Source: Botryllus schlosseri (taxonomy: Eukaryota). From it: 64,000 bases of DNA. Position 1 is the stretch's first letter. Every line of letters begins with the position of its first letter. This document shows, one piece after another, positions 27,201 to 41,041 of this stretch. The position numbers and the translations under genes are program-made. Where the stretch lies: contig CM119384.1 in assembly GCA_051294905.1 (NCBI GenBank), forward strand, positions 15,252,001 through 15,316,000, given 5' to 3'. The notes under the pieces were generated by a model, which searched no databases, was not told the origin of the DNA, and saw only the letters and a list, made by a program, of their open reading frames with translations.

Positions 27201-30200
27201 CACGGACGAGGACGAGCCTATAGATCAGTGGTTCCCAACCGGTGGGGAATTCTGGTGGGGAATAGACTCACTTTTGAAAATATCTTTACTGCAATATTCT
27301 CCTTTATTAAATGTCGTTTTGAAACGCCGATCGTATCTCGAATATTTCTTAGCTCATTTGCAATTCAGCGATTCATATAATCAGTGCCTCCAATTAGCGA
27401 GAATCGCCTGGATAGCGACACGCGATCTCCAGCGAATGTTTTTATTCATTTGTACACCATCATCGGTCACGAAACGCAGTTGTAATAAGAGCTCATATTG
27501 CTGAACATGTATTCAAGGGAGATCATAGACTCGCTAATTGAGAGCACATCCGGACTCGTTACAAATGAAATTACATATTAATGTTATTTCAAGTTCTTTT
27601 AGTAGTGTGCGAAAGTGTAGTTTACGGCAGTTTATATATATATATATATATATCGCACGCATGAGTTATAGTCAACATCAGGAAGTTTATCTGACCCATG
27701 TATTATTCGGCATTTACGTATGTAAACTGATGCTATTCCGCAACATTTGGAAAATATTCAAACCCCTCCTATTTTTCTCTTGGCTGCGCGCCGGGGTAGA
27801 TATATATATTTACGGAGGTGCGTTTACGGTTACCAGTTCATTGCTGTGCTAATTTTACTGTGTGCTGATCAATTCCGGGGATCTTAACATTCACTAATAG
27901 CACGTAATATTTACTAAGCAAAGTCTTGCAAAATTTTATTGGAGGTAGCATTTTGAAGGGTGGATATGAATATCGAGATTTTAGGTGGGGAATGAAGGCT
28001 CGGAATAATTCGGAAGTGGAGAATTAGGATAAAAAGGTTGCGAACCACTGCTATAGATAAACCTCCAACACTTAGGTCGGAATTCTGGAGTTGACCTCGG
28101 TCAATTGGTGTTGCAGCTGTGAATTATACCACTATGCTATGTCGCCATGTACCAACTTTGAGAAAGTAAACTATAATTCGTCTAAGACAAGTAATATGTG
28201 AAAGATCAGAAAAAAAAACATGACGAAATTCGACAGTTCAAGTTAGCGACATTTGACGGCATAAAATCTAACCAATAGTCAAGTAGCATTTCTGTCAAAA
28301 GACAGTCAAAGTCGAGCCGGAGCTTCGACAGAACTTTGCCTAGCAGAAATTTCAATAGAACCACACAAAATAGACGTAATATCAGAAATACAGCAGAAAA
28401 TTTCTCAGTCATTTAATGTTCTAATTCTTTGTTTTGAGTTCCACACTTTCGTCTTGATTACATTTTGCGTTGATATTGATTTTTTTAAATGCACCGGTCC
28501 CTAAAATCTGTTTTGTTGAAATTTAACCTATCCGCAAGCTGAACTGGTTTAGAACCTAGAACTACTGTATTTTAGCATGCGAAATGTAGTATGCTGGCTT
28601 CCGATGATATTCCCACAGAGCTCAAACACATTCTCTTATGCCGTGATCGATGGCTTCGGTCACGACGCAGGTCGCGCTCCACCAACACGGAACACTTGCT
28701 AATTACGTATCTAAATTGTAAGTCTAGTTTCGGTGGTAGTGTCAATTCTCAATTTCTTATTATTCCGGCATCGCGGATACATCTTCGAAAACATTAGCTG
28801 TCAGCCTGTCACGCTCGTTGTAGGGCTTGACGAGGGAATTTGCATCCGCATGCTTTGCCAAAACCCATTCAGGTCGTAGACATTAATTAATTCGCCTCTT
28901 TCGGGTATTGACTATAAATAACTAAACTCCATTTGCGTGCGAGTCATAAGCCGACGCGATAAAAATAAGCGAACACTTTTCGACGGTTGCGAACCGGGAT
29001 AATAATGGAAGCGCATACCGAAAGGGAGGACAGATTTGAAACCTTAACTACCAGTCAGCATGCGTATACCTGTGCTATAGGGCTGCATTTAAAACAGAAA
29101 TCAAATAAAAACAAACATGTTTAAAACAGAGGCCTTGTTTAAAACAGTGTTTTTTAACATTTTTAGCCATGACGTCACGACGTATTGGCAAACTGAAATG
29201 TATACCAGGTGAATATGGCTCCTTGGCGAAAAAGGCTGCCTACCCTGACTTAAACTGACCAAACATATTTTTGACCCGGAATACATCGTTATTCAGCAAT
29301 TTTACGGTTGGCTGTCATTATTATCAGAACACCTATTCCGTAACAATGATGTCGAGGGTGTTAGCCACCCTCACCCCACTCCCCACATCGTATCAGTCGA
29401 CTATATATTGGGTGAAAATCGTCCGTATAGGCTCATGCGGACGTAGTGGTGATAATAAGAGCCTGCTATGCACGGGCGTCCCGGGTTCGATTCCGCGTCG
29501 GAGGTTATTCGGGGCTCCTATTCCCCGCGTCGCGCGTCGCTGTTCTCATGGCAACAAAAAAGTCAAGAAAAGGACCATTCTTTAATATGATCTGTTCATT
29601 AAATCGTATTGTGTCTTATCGCATTGTGCAGTGTGTGTGTCTTGTTCAGATGAAAATATAATCTGCCGATTATATTGATTATTATTAACTACATGTTTTT
29701 TCGTAAGTATTTACACAATTATAGCATATGAAGATACTTTTTGGGGTGCAGAACTTTAATCTACATTTAAGTAATATATTCATTGAATAAATATATTGAA
29801 ACTCCGTTCGAGTCGACACTCTTCAGGGGCAATCGTCAGCAAATGAGAAATTTCAAAAACGTGCATCCAGCTACATTGCACACAACCAATTATGTCGTCA
29901 TAGAAACAAACAACATAAAATACATGCAAACCGCGTGCGCAGCTAGAGGCCAATTTTTAGATTGAATAAATTTCCTTCTGTTGACACAGGCGCGGTTGGT
30001 GGATCTTAATAAAAGTAGATTCTAGTGCGGACAGATGGAAAAGAGTGTGGTCAGTACCCAAAAGAACTAACCCAAAGTCAGACATCCGCATCGCAGCACT
30101 ATAGAGATGTACAAAAGCTGATATTATTGCTGTTATTATTTATGTCTATGAATGCCTTCCTAGAGGAGTACGCTACATGACTAGAGGGTGAATACTATAG

Positions 30201-33200
30201 CCATCTGATACGAGGGGAGTTATGGCCAACTTGACATTCAGAAGTATGGTGTCACACCGGTATCAGTGCCTTCATTTGTAGTATTTTAATAAGTATAACG
30301 CATAACACTGCATGAACAGGATAGGAACGGACTGCTTGGATATCTAGAAATGTGCATTTCCTATGTCAATCTTTTCTTTTTATCACAATTATCTGTTTAT
30401 ACAAGCCTAACAGAGGAAGGTTTTCCTGCACTGGCGGAGAACCATGCCTTCAAAAGAGCCACACCCTTTGTCGCTGCGCATTTCATCGTGTTATATTCTA
30501 TACTCTTTAACATTATCCTTCTTACAGGTCTGGTCGCTGTAGAAATGCGCCGGTGATTTGCTTTCACTACCACACGATGGATCCGTGAGATCACGGTCAT
30601 TGATTAAAAATGTCCAACTGCACCAATCATATTTTCGGCCTGGATTAGCCGATTGTTTTTGGTGAAGGGATGAAAATGCAGTGCTTGGATATGCACAATT
30701 GCACAATATGCACATGGTAGCATGCAATGACTGTATTTATAACCTTAACGAATATGTAATTTTGGGGGCGGATTTACGAAATTACCTTGACAATGAGGTG
30801 ATGTCATAAATTGACTGTGGCTCATTAACTAAATGTGAAGTCATAACAGCCAAGTAGGAAATTTATCGGGGAAATGCGCCTATCGCCCCCTCGCTACGCC
30901 TCTGACAGTAAAGGCTACCAAGGGTGCAAAAGTAGACATCGTTGGTACTCAAGTAGAAATAACGGCGTGAATTTCTAATCGAGTAAAAAGAAGCATTGTT
31001 TTCCAAGCTGGCAACAATCTTATATTAGAACACTCACCAACAAAGACCAGCCATGTTTGGTGGGCGAAGCACATCAGAAAGGGAAAGAAAAAGTACGCGA
31101 CGAGACTGAGCATGATCACGGTCTGATTCTTCAGGCGGCAACACCGTTGAAAGACCACAACGAAAACGGGCCCGGCCACATTCGCGATGAACTTCAAGGA
31201 CTGAAATCATTGGCACGGGTCAAACATCGAGGATTTGCAACAGACACCGCGGGATCACGCAGACTTACCATCTGAGCGCCGATCAGGACCGCGGAAAAGC
31301 ACAGCGGATACGCAAGAAAGAATATGGTCTGAAAAACCATGATTCCTACGTTGGTGAACATGTACGCGCAGTAGGATATGATGTAGAGCCATAATCTCCA
31401 AGGCCGGCCGGGATGCAGACCTCCACCATGTCTGCAATTCTTCCGGTTCAGATCTGTATTAATGGGATGGTGATTTAATATAATCCTAACATCATTGCTA
31501 TCAGAGATGGAATTGCGAATGTGCAATGAAATGTCGAAACGGTAAAGCGTCAGTTTGGCCGCGACAAGGTCAGGGTGAATGGTATTTGATAACCCCAGCA
31601 GTGGTATAGTACTTCACAGATTGTAAATTTCAGTCCGATTTTCAGGACTGAAAATCTAGTGTGCTATACACGAGGTCTGCGATGCTGGGTCGCACGACAA
31701 TCGATATCAAATCGAGTGTCACACATAAATTTGGAAGGTCATGCTATAGATTCCTGTCCGAACATTATTACTACTTTTAGTCCGACGAAACACACCTTCG
31801 ATTTTAGGCTTTTTCCCGAAGCACTTTTCGCATTCCTTGTACTCAGTCGTGTAAACCTGCCAAACGGATTTCCACAGATCTCCAAACGAGTACTTGGCTT
31901 TCGTTTTCTCAGCTCTATGCAAAAGTGGAGTCGATTCTTTCGCAGACAGGCCTGCACCCTCGACACTGTCGTACGGGGCTAGTTCGTCCTCGCTATATGC
32001 TGTATTCGATGAATCTTTATCAACGCTATTATCAGGCTCTGTATCCCGTCCACGCGCCCTCGATTTTAAGGAGTTCGGTAACAGCGGAACCAATAACTGT
32101 GCAACAAAGGTCATTGCTGCGGTACTCCACACAGGAGGAATGAAACCTTGAGCGTTGATCCAATATCCACCACCGAGACCGGCTATACCGCCGCCGATTC
32201 CGATGAATGTTTCCAGTATGGTGAATCTATACTGGCAGTGAAAATCGCAACATTTAGAGCAAATCGAATGTAGAGTGGTTAAGGAATCATCGATATTAGC
32301 CCTAACATTTCATTTACAGACAAGCACAAAGCAAACCGTTCGTAGTGTATAGAAAGTAGCAGAGAATAGCAGCTTAGGACGACGTATCCCCCGATGTTTT
32401 TGTTTATATCGCACTGCAAGTTGAAAAATTGCAATATTCATCTATGTTACCAAGACCAAACCCACAATCGCAAATTGTGCGTCAAATGCTCCATCTGAAA
32501 TTTCGACAATATCTACTTGGTCGCAATATTTTAGAATGACAGTTTGGGAAGGTTTGAATGAAGCGATTTGAGATTGCATACCGCTTCCCTCTGTCTTTCA
32601 GCGGCGTAACATCACTCAAATACGTGGTTCCTTGTATTAACACTGTCATGAAGTATCCGCTTCCTCCCGCGATAGCCCCGTATCCGAGCATAGTCTCCAG
32701 GGGCCAGCTGCATGTAAAGAAACGCGGCGAAATATGACGTTTCCGATAAATGAAGAACGGCACTTACTTCAAATGTATAATTAGGGCTTGCAAAACACTG
32801 CTTGCAGTCATTCCAAATAACGGTATGGAAATGGTGATTTTGCGACCCACCCGGTCGCCCCAGGATGTTAGCAGCGCGCCGACTATCATGGCGGGAACGA
32901 ATATGGATAAATTGATGTACATAGTCCATCTGAAAGTTCAATGACACCGTATGAACGCTACATCCTATACAATTAGGGTTACCACATGTCCTCTTTCAAG
33001 AGGATTTGTCTACCTTTTTTCAATACAACTAAAATGTCCTCCCAGGACACCCAAATGTCCTCTTTTTCGCAATCGGTCATCTCTATTCATTTTGAGTGAA
33101 AGGCGACTTTCCAGAGTCGACTGATAATGGTCAACTATCAACAAAGTTCACGTGATAATCGGCTTATCCTGGAACTGCCACGGAGGTTGTCCAATAAAAA

Positions 33201-34855
33201 CCGAACGAAAACTGTCCGTGGTAACCGGATTTAAGATATCGGTGCGGGAAGTTGACCTTTTTTTAGTCAACTTAACGGGCGATCAGCATTAGGACCCTAT
33301 TTTCCCCGAATTTCCCTCATATTGTAACTTGAAGAAATTGTCCTCTTTTTCGGATCTTAAAATTGGGTAACCCTATATATACAATGTCACAACGTCATAG
33401 TTTTTATCTATTTCAAGTGAATCCAAAACGTCAAATATTGTGATGATATAGTTGAGAAGGAAAGACGTCGCTCAGCATCCTTTTGACACTTGAGCCGCCT
33501 AAAGTTCCTATTTCCGATTAGTGATATGTCGCCTTCCGATCAACGTTCAGGAAGATGCGCAACGAAAATCGCACATTGAACATTGAGCGCCATGTTGATT
33601 AGTCATAAACACACCACGTTGGTAATTCTCTGCTTGTGTCCAGTATCTGCTAAGTGCACATGCACAGCGTAGAGCAGGGTGTTCAATGTTCACTGTCCGG
33701 TGTTTTTGTTGGAGGACCACTTGCGGTTTAAGGATTATTACGCGGGTCACTTGAGTGTTTACTGCTTATTTGTATAGAAATCGCTGTTTTCTTATTTCTC
33801 TCTTAAAGCTCGAGTATACGACAGTGTGGAAAGGAAGTGGAGTAACAACATGGAAAATGTGATGCGTGACAATATGCATAGTGATGCAATGGCATTTCAT
33901 TGACCTGATGTGCACCACTCTATTGGATACTACAGTAGTAGTATATACTATAGTAGTAGTTATCAACCTTTTTCATACAGCGACGCGTTTAGCAACCCCG
34001 TGTAACTAACAATCGATACCAACCATATGTAATGCATTTCTGTATGCGCAATACCTTAATTGATATTGTTATACATCAAAAGCCTTGGAAAATGCGTAGC
34101 CTACGACCCCCGTGCGGGCCTTGACTCACACGTTTCAAACCACTGCTATTAAGTATACAATAGACAAATAAAGTATAAAATAAATGTCAATGTCTCGGAT
34201 TATAAGTTCACTGTCATTTACGTAGGCGACTATAGGTCTAGGTTGACATAAGTAATTTCGAAAAATTACGCGTGAGCCATTTGGAATCTTCCCGCAGGCC
34301 ACGAGTTGGACACCCTGGTGTAGAGTGAAGGTATCTTGATTCTCAGATAATAATAATCGATATCTCCAGTATGCAACTAACTTTGTAGCTTCATCCGCTA
34401 TCACCTGATCTTCTTCTGTTTGGTTTGTATTGTTTGGCGTGCAGTAAGTTCGCTTTGTCTTGGTGTAATTATGGCGCTGCGCAACTCTCTAAATATAAAA
34501 CGACAATCGCATTTGTATAGCTTTGTCTTCCACCTGAAATAGGGTCCGAACACGAAGCCATACATCATCCCATGTTGTTGATAAAATCAAATAAAGAATG
34601 AATGTAGTTCATTGGAGATAATGAGCGCAATGGGTAGAGCATTGCTTAATGCTTAGTTCCGCACTTTATATACATACTATACTATACACCGCTTTGCATA
34701 CTGAATTAAAAAATCCCATTTTTGACTCTTATGAGATCACTACAAATAAATCATTCACAAACCTGATATATGAATTCGTTTCTTAGTGGCATCAACACGA
34801 ACGCTGAGCATGCCGCCAGGAAAACAATTAGGTCGACAAGATAAAAACGCTTCAT
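24217..34855 (-). CDS. SLC46-family (PCFT/HCP1-like) MFS transporter, 10 exons, about 528 aa
   Basis: Exons 34763-34855, 34382-34488, 32768-32929, 32582-32707, 31796-32226, 31269-31453, 31038-31200, 25685-25768, 24923-25079, 24217-24295 are all GT-AG and in phase (1587 nt). Motifs: LTSWGDRVGRK (MFS motif A), TYLSDVT...RGKRFTILE, YPLCF...LIG, QVSSLASETEQGAAF. Paralogue (A1/A2/A3) cannot be assigned by eye. Confidence 0.9.
27060..28100 (-). mobile_element. SINE family S1 copy interrupted by a hAT element
   Basis: Removing 27226-28050 and one TSD restores ...GAGCCTATAGATAAACCTCCAACACTTAGGTCGGAATTCTGGAGT, collinear with 11920-11970. Confidence 0.7.
27226..28050. mobile_element. Non-autonomous hAT element
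   Basis: TIRs CAGTGGTTCCCAACC / GGTTGCGAACCACTG, perfect TSD CTATAGAT. Confidence 0.9.
29430..29505 (+). mobile_element. tRNA-derived SINE head or tRNA pseudogene
   Basis: A-box-like GTAGTGGT and B-box GGGTTCGATTCC (29483-29494) at tRNA-like spacing. No clean cloverleaf. Confidence 0.55.
29742..29842 (-). repeat. Repeat family A, divergent copy
   Basis: Reverse complement GCTGACGATTGCCCCTGAAGAGTGTCGACTCGAAC... and GCAGAACTTTAAT segment align to family A. Confidence 0.6.
32974..33375. mobile_element. MITE family D with TGTCCTC subterminal motifs
   Basis: TIRs TAGGGTTACC / GGTAACCCTA. TATACAAT flanks both sides, with 2 extra nt on the right. Related to 55817-56259 and a fragment at 43481-43560. 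Confidence 0.8.
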
Positions 34856-35880
34856 TATCAGGCGTGGATTATGGCTTCATTCCGTCTGATCCACGTGGAT
34901 ATCCAACTTCGTAGCCAAATCAGTTCTACGATATTTCAACCGTCAAGGCCGAACTAAGCTAAAATAGTGGTATTTGCCGCCACAAAGACAAGTCATTCGA
35001 ACTAAATGCATGATTGTATGGTTCTGATTATGGACTCCCTATTACTGATGTAGATCGCGGGTACATTGCATAATGTCCAACGCTCACGAATTCGCATTGC
35101 GCAACTATTCCGCATTACACAATGCAGTTTACCATCCTTCGTTACATGCGCTCCTTCCGGATAGAACTTCATTAGTTTGATTCGTAGTATATAGTCAAGC
35201 TGAATACCTTCTTATAAGCTACGGGTATGACAACCAGCGTTCATGATGCATAGTCAATATCAACACACACACAGTGATAAAGACAAACACCGAGTACTGT
35301 AGTTCTACAAAACTAACGAGAACATGCACATGCACATGCACAAATGCACCATGGAGCCGGTAAGACTCACTTCCTGATGCCATACAAACTATATACACAG
35401 TATACAGTATACATGGTACAACCGCGGTTGGAAAAGAAATAGGAACATCATAGCAAATAACCACGATAATCTCTGATATATGTCTCTTGACACTACTCGC
35501 GGCACCGAAAAGCACGAAACGTAGATAATCAACCCTGCAGGTAACGGAACTCCGCTACATTGCGTAACCGCTAACAAGCAGTCGCTCTGCGGTAATGAGG
35601 CAATGCAACATGATCAAATGTCGAGGTGACAAAGGGAAGTGAGATATGATACCTAATATCAGATGCATGTTGCGTTGACAATAGGGCGTAGGTCTATATT
35701 ACCTAAGCTTTGTTCCAATCCGAACTGCGACTAGTGATTTGTTTGTATACCTGAAAAAAACTACGTCTGACCACATAGCATGCATCTTCAGTCCAATATC
35801 TCAGGCATATTCAAAGTTCGAGATAGAGGCTTCAACGAAAATATCGACTCATACAATAAAACGTATGAGTGTCGCATGAC

Positions 35881-36876
35881 TACGATGGTGTGAACCTCTG
35901 AAAGGTTCAGGTTCGTGTGAACGCGAACCTTTTTGAAAGGTTCTGTGTGAACACGAACGTGAACCTCGTGACGTCACGTGACGTCCTAATGCTAATTCCA
36001 ACCCTATCTTCCAGTGAAGTGATAGCCTATATTAATGTACACGATACCAAGTGAAGACTCGGTCCATATAATGCCCCAATGCTGAAGTACATATCGGCGT
36101 TTTAAACATCGCTAAATGTATCAACAGCGGTAATCAAAGTATATAATAATTGCGTAAAATCAATACATTCCGTCGCTTCGCCAACAATTTCGATGAGGAC
36201 TTACCAAGGAATATATGCTTATGCCTTAACGGTCTTAGCTAGACCGGACAATGTGTTCGGAGTCTGAGTATTGCTACATTGATATTGAGCAGAGTGTACA
36301 ACGGGTTTCAATACTCGCTACCGATACCACAAACAACAACAAGTTATGCAGCAGTAGCAAGCACCTTAATCGCACGGATTTGGTTTTAATGATACAGTAA
36401 AGATATCAAGTCAAGATTGACCCCGTACGCCCGTTCGATTTTTTACGTCAGAAGACGATATCAATGTCATTGATTGGTTGAATAAGCATCATTCGCTAAC
36501 TACGTATATCGCTCGTGATGTTGTGTGATTGCGGGTCAAGCTCACGGCAGATAGTCACTAAATATTCACAAACGGAAAGCTGGTTATTCCGAGAAATTTT
36601 TGCAACAAAGCAACTAAAACTTTTAAGGTTGTCGAGGTGCATGGTGCATGCTCGTTAAGCGTTGATTTTTTATGCTGCCAGCACCATGCATGGAGTGGCC
36701 CGCAGTTGAAATGCAATAAATTTGAGCCAAAGATCTTATAATGGAGTGAAAATTACAATTTACCAAAAGGTTCACAGTGCAGAACCTACCAAGGTTCTGT
36801 TGTGAACACGAACCTCTAAATTTCCGAGGTTCACACACAGAACGCGAACGTGAACCTCACGTTCACACCATCCCTA
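35881..36876. mobile_element. hAT element family B, uninterrupted copy in opposite orientation to 12344-14992
   Basis: Near-identical to the reverse complement of 12344-12532 joined to 14183-14992. Ends CCATCCCTA followed by ATGACTAG; left tip damaged (ATGACTACGATGG). Confidence 0.92.
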
Positions 36877-39173
36877 ATGACTAGTCAGAAAAAGAGCACA
36901 TTCGGGATCGTGTTTTACCTATTGCTGGATATAAGTATATACCATTGCGCGCAAATATATGCTTTACCTAACACAGATGTATATTACGCCCGTGAACTTT
37001 CACAGATTATTGCGATAATATTTTTCAAAATTGCTTCCATTGAAAGTACATTTTAACACGCTAAAAGCTTTTTATGTGCCCCTTATGAAGAGTTTACGCA
37101 GCGACTGCGAGAGATGCCTATTTTTAACGAAAACAGATTTGTGAACTGTGACGTAACCAAAGTAAAATTTAAAATAGGCACACTGCACAGCGAGTTACTT
37201 TTATATGCAACGACTGCAACAGCACAGCAATGTTAATTGTGTGCACCAACTGCAGCAACACAAAAGTGCGAGCATAATAAGACAATGCCACAAAAACCGA
37301 TTTAGACACTATAGTAACTATACGGATCTATCATTTAACTGAGAAATTCATAGAAAGAACACTAATATTCTTGGTTATGGCTGTTAAATGCATGCAAGTT
37401 ACTGACTGCCGTCGCTTCGTTCCTTTGTCTAATCGCAAGCGGGCTGCTACAAACTCATGCAATAGCATTACACCCACCCCATCAGTCACTTGCATTGCAA
37501 CTCAAATATTGAATATGTAAATATACACAGGACTAAATATTGGCTGCTAGATTTTGAATGACCAATGGGTATATTATTTGCAGAGTGGCAAGTTGACCCG
37601 ATACCGAGATTAACATTACCTCACAAGAAGACAGCTTCAGTTCAGTTCAGTTTTATTAAGAATTTCATCATTTCAAAACACCACAAGACTGCGATACAAT
37701 GAAAATATAGGAAGGTGTCGAAACGACTTGGAGTAGTCCTTGAAATCAGACACCCACCTAGGTCTAGTCGATGTAAAGAGGAGGCATACACCATGGATGA
37801 AAAGTAAAAGATACTACCGTACAGGCGACAAAATGAGGTGGCATGTGACGGAAGGCGTGATCGATATCGTGATCTGGTAAACTTGCGGGCTGACTATATA
37901 TAGTACATCCATACATACCAGGCTTGTCGCTGTATTGGAGGTAAGTGAATAGTGCAAGCATACGATGTTTAAGATGTTTCCTTATCTTCGATAATTTGTT
38001 TTACGATCCTTATTCCGCCCCTTTATCGATGTTTGACTCGAGAGATAGGACTATAGATGTAATCAAGGTATTTATTAAAGATACTTTTGTAGAAGTATAA
38101 AATGCCTTCAATTTTAAAATATTCATCTTCAATACATGTCATGGTACTTGAAGAGAAATCGAAAACTCTGAAAATTAATCCAGTAAGAGGTTCAGAGAAG
38201 TAGATCGGGATGGGACGTCGCAGGCTTTTCTGTAGTCAATTGCAGGTGGTAACCTTACAAATGGCAAGATGCATTTTATTCCCGAGTAACGCAAAATAAC
38301 TGATCGCGCCACACATGCGCTCATTTTTTTTATGTTTTTATGCTGTTATTGTAATGTTGAAAATCAAAGACAAATGTTACTTGGTTCTGATTGTTCCGTT
38401 TCTTCTGGAAGAATTGCGACTTCGTTTTGCTAGCCTCACTACATTGTCAAATGCCGTAACATTGAAAGTTTAAGAATTTTGTTTAAAACGTCGTGTTTGC
38501 TCACAACTACATGTTAGCCATTGCAACTTCACAATTGATACGCCATCGATTCTCGAAGTCAATAGCGAATAGCCGATTGCACATTGTTTCACTACGTTGC
38601 GATTTTCGGATTGTTAGAACAACAATCGGCGTGGCAGATAGATTTTGTGCCTCATATTCCATTGTTTCATTGTTGTGTAATTTTTCGCAACAAAGCCTGA
38701 TTTCACAATCTTTGGCGATTCAGAGGGGATTTTGAAGCCCCGATGCTATTATTATAGTGATTTTCGGAATCGGAGCGACGATAGCATTCGATCGATTCCA
38801 GCTATTTAGATACTGAGCTGATTATGAGGGATTGCGCTATCGCATGTGAAACTTGGCTTTGAAATCATCTGTAACCCACGCTCAGCTCTCTTTTTCCCCC
38901 ATAGTTTCGAACAGTAAATATGCAAATTGCGAAATTGTGGGTGTAAAAATGTTCAAGATTTGCCATTCATGAACATCAGTAGTATATAGGAAATGACGTA
39001 GTTTATTTTTATCCTTGATGTTTGTGAGGCATATACACCGATTCGTGGTCTGTGCATATCCAATACGCATATAGTATGAGACTATGAGTGCATGATGTAC
39101 ATATGCCGCTGGACAAGGAAGGTACAGATATTGCCTTGCACGGCTTTTCTAAGTCTTGCACCACCCTCCATGC

Positions 39174-40559
39174 CAGCGGTTCTCAACCGGGGGTCCGCGA
39201 AGCAATTTCAGGGGGTCCGCGAGACCTCTAAATTTTTAAAATTGTTGATCACACAATTTTTATTTTATTTTTTAATTAGAGAAAGGATGAGGAAGTTTCG
39301 CACCACAACTGCTAAAACCTCATGACTCATATCATAATAATAATCGTCTGACATGGACTATCGTAGTGTGGAAACTCATTTTCATTCCCAATTTTCCAAT
39401 AACCTGCTGATACAAACATATTGCTGCTTAGAGACGTTTTGTTGGGGTTTGTGGAAAAAATAAAAATATGGAGATAGTAACGTCATTCGGGTGACTTCGT
39501 AATGTCTACGAAACCTTCTCCATTTGAAGTTGTCAGTCTCATCAAATTAGTGAACAGTCGTTTGAAATAAAAATTTCCGAAGTATTTCGATAATTTGTCC
39601 CGATGCAAGGAACAGCTTCTTGGAGGTACAGAACTTTAATATACAATTGAATAGTATATTAATGAACCCGAATATTTCCGGCTGACACTCGTCATAAATC
39701 GGACAATGATATACCTGCTCTTAAAGCTCGGCTATCAGGTTTGGCGCATTCTTATTGCGGATGCCCTATCGACAAGGCTGATTTTTTTTATGAACAAGGA
39801 GTGTTTCGTTGCTATCAAAGCATTACGCTCCAACCCTGAAATCCATATCAACAGTTATATTGGTATGCAGCCTTGTCTTGTTAATGTTCAATTGTTCATG
39901 GTCGAAAATGTTTGCTCGTAAATATATACGTAAACCCGAACAGAACAAGTCGTTTCATTACAGTCTTTCTCTGGGTGGAAAACGTGGATCCATTCTGTGG
40001 AGCATAAAATTTGTCTCTACTTTTAGATTAGGATTTCACTTTGACGGTAGAAACTCTCTGCGGGCCGAATCCGGCCCGCGGTCCTTATGTTGCCCGTCCC
40101 TGCGCTATAGATGCTGGATGTGATATGTTCATAAAATATTTGTTTCTTCATTTTGGTGCCAAAAATGTTGCGATCACACCAAAAGTATCGTCGGAAGCGT
40201 TATGCGTTAATATTGCATTAGCTTCCATCTATCTTTGCGGAAATGGTTTTTGGCACTCCTCGTTCATATCAAAACGAAGACGCGGATTTTCAAGACACGA
40301 CCACGTACTTCACGAAATACAGAAGCAAAACTAGACTTGAAATAATAAAAGTCCACCAATTTCTACATAAATAGTATGATGTTATCTCCAAGAAAATCAT
40401 TATTTTGCTGTTTATCACAAGCCTACAGTTCATATTTACACAAGACAGCTGAAGGTTGCACCGTAATAGAGCTAAAATTGAACTGAACCTTGAGGGGGTC
40501 CGCGAGGGTCCGTGACGGTCAAAAGGGGTCCGCGAAGCCAAATAGGTTCAGAACCACTG
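39174..40559. mobile_element. Non-autonomous hAT element with GGGGTCCGCG subterminal motifs
   Basis: TIRs CAGCGGTTCTCAACC / GGTTCAGAACCACTG, perfect TSD CTCCATGC. Contains a family A copy and a second hAT right end near 40070-40101. Confidence 0.88.
39615..39694 (-). repeat. Repeat family A, copy truncated within the hammerhead-like core
   Basis: CTTCTTGGAGGTACAGAACTTTAATATACAATTGAATAGTATAT...GAACCCGAATATTTCCGGCTGACACTCGTCA. Confidence 0.8.
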
Positions 40560-41041
40560 CTCCATGCTATCCCAGTAACGCATGAGCGCTAAGCAGGGAT
40601 GTCATGGATGCCAGTGCTACTTATCAGGTCTTTGGTCTGACCCGGCCGGGCATCGAACCCACGACCTACCGATCAAGAAGTCAGACGCTTCACCACTGCG
40701 CTATCTTGTCGGTACCAATAAGACGGTTTTGACAATTTTCTCTTGTATTATCCTGACGACAGGTGAGGCAATGCCGCACTAAAACAAGTGAGACACTGCT
40801 TCGCCTGTCTCCCCTGATTCTAAATGAGTTCACTGACGTACCTGCATGAGCTCCATGACAACACGATGCAGAAAATACCTTCAATTTAAAATCTGATTCT
40901 TTGTTCATCTATAATAATTAATGGAAGGTCATGAAAGTTCGCACGGAGCGGCACCGGATTGCAGACCGACAGTTCAGAACCACTGAAATATGTATAGACG
41001 GCAGACGATCGGAGCAATGCTACGGATGTAGCTATATAGAG

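Larger units (their letters stand above)
39075..40713 (-). mobile_element. tRNA-derived SINE (family S2) split by a hAT insertion
   Basis: Head GATAGCGCAGTGGTGAAGCG...GTGGGTTCGATGCCCGGCCGGGTCAGACCAAAGAC at 40713-40630. The body appears to resume at 39173 across TSD CTCCATGC; the 3' boundary is approximate. Confidence 0.65.

Noticed and set aside
29430-29505. Possible functional tRNA gene (also 11960-12029 and 40640-40713)
   Set aside because: A/B boxes are present, but acceptor and anticodon stems do not pair cleanly, and two of the three run into SINE-like bodies.
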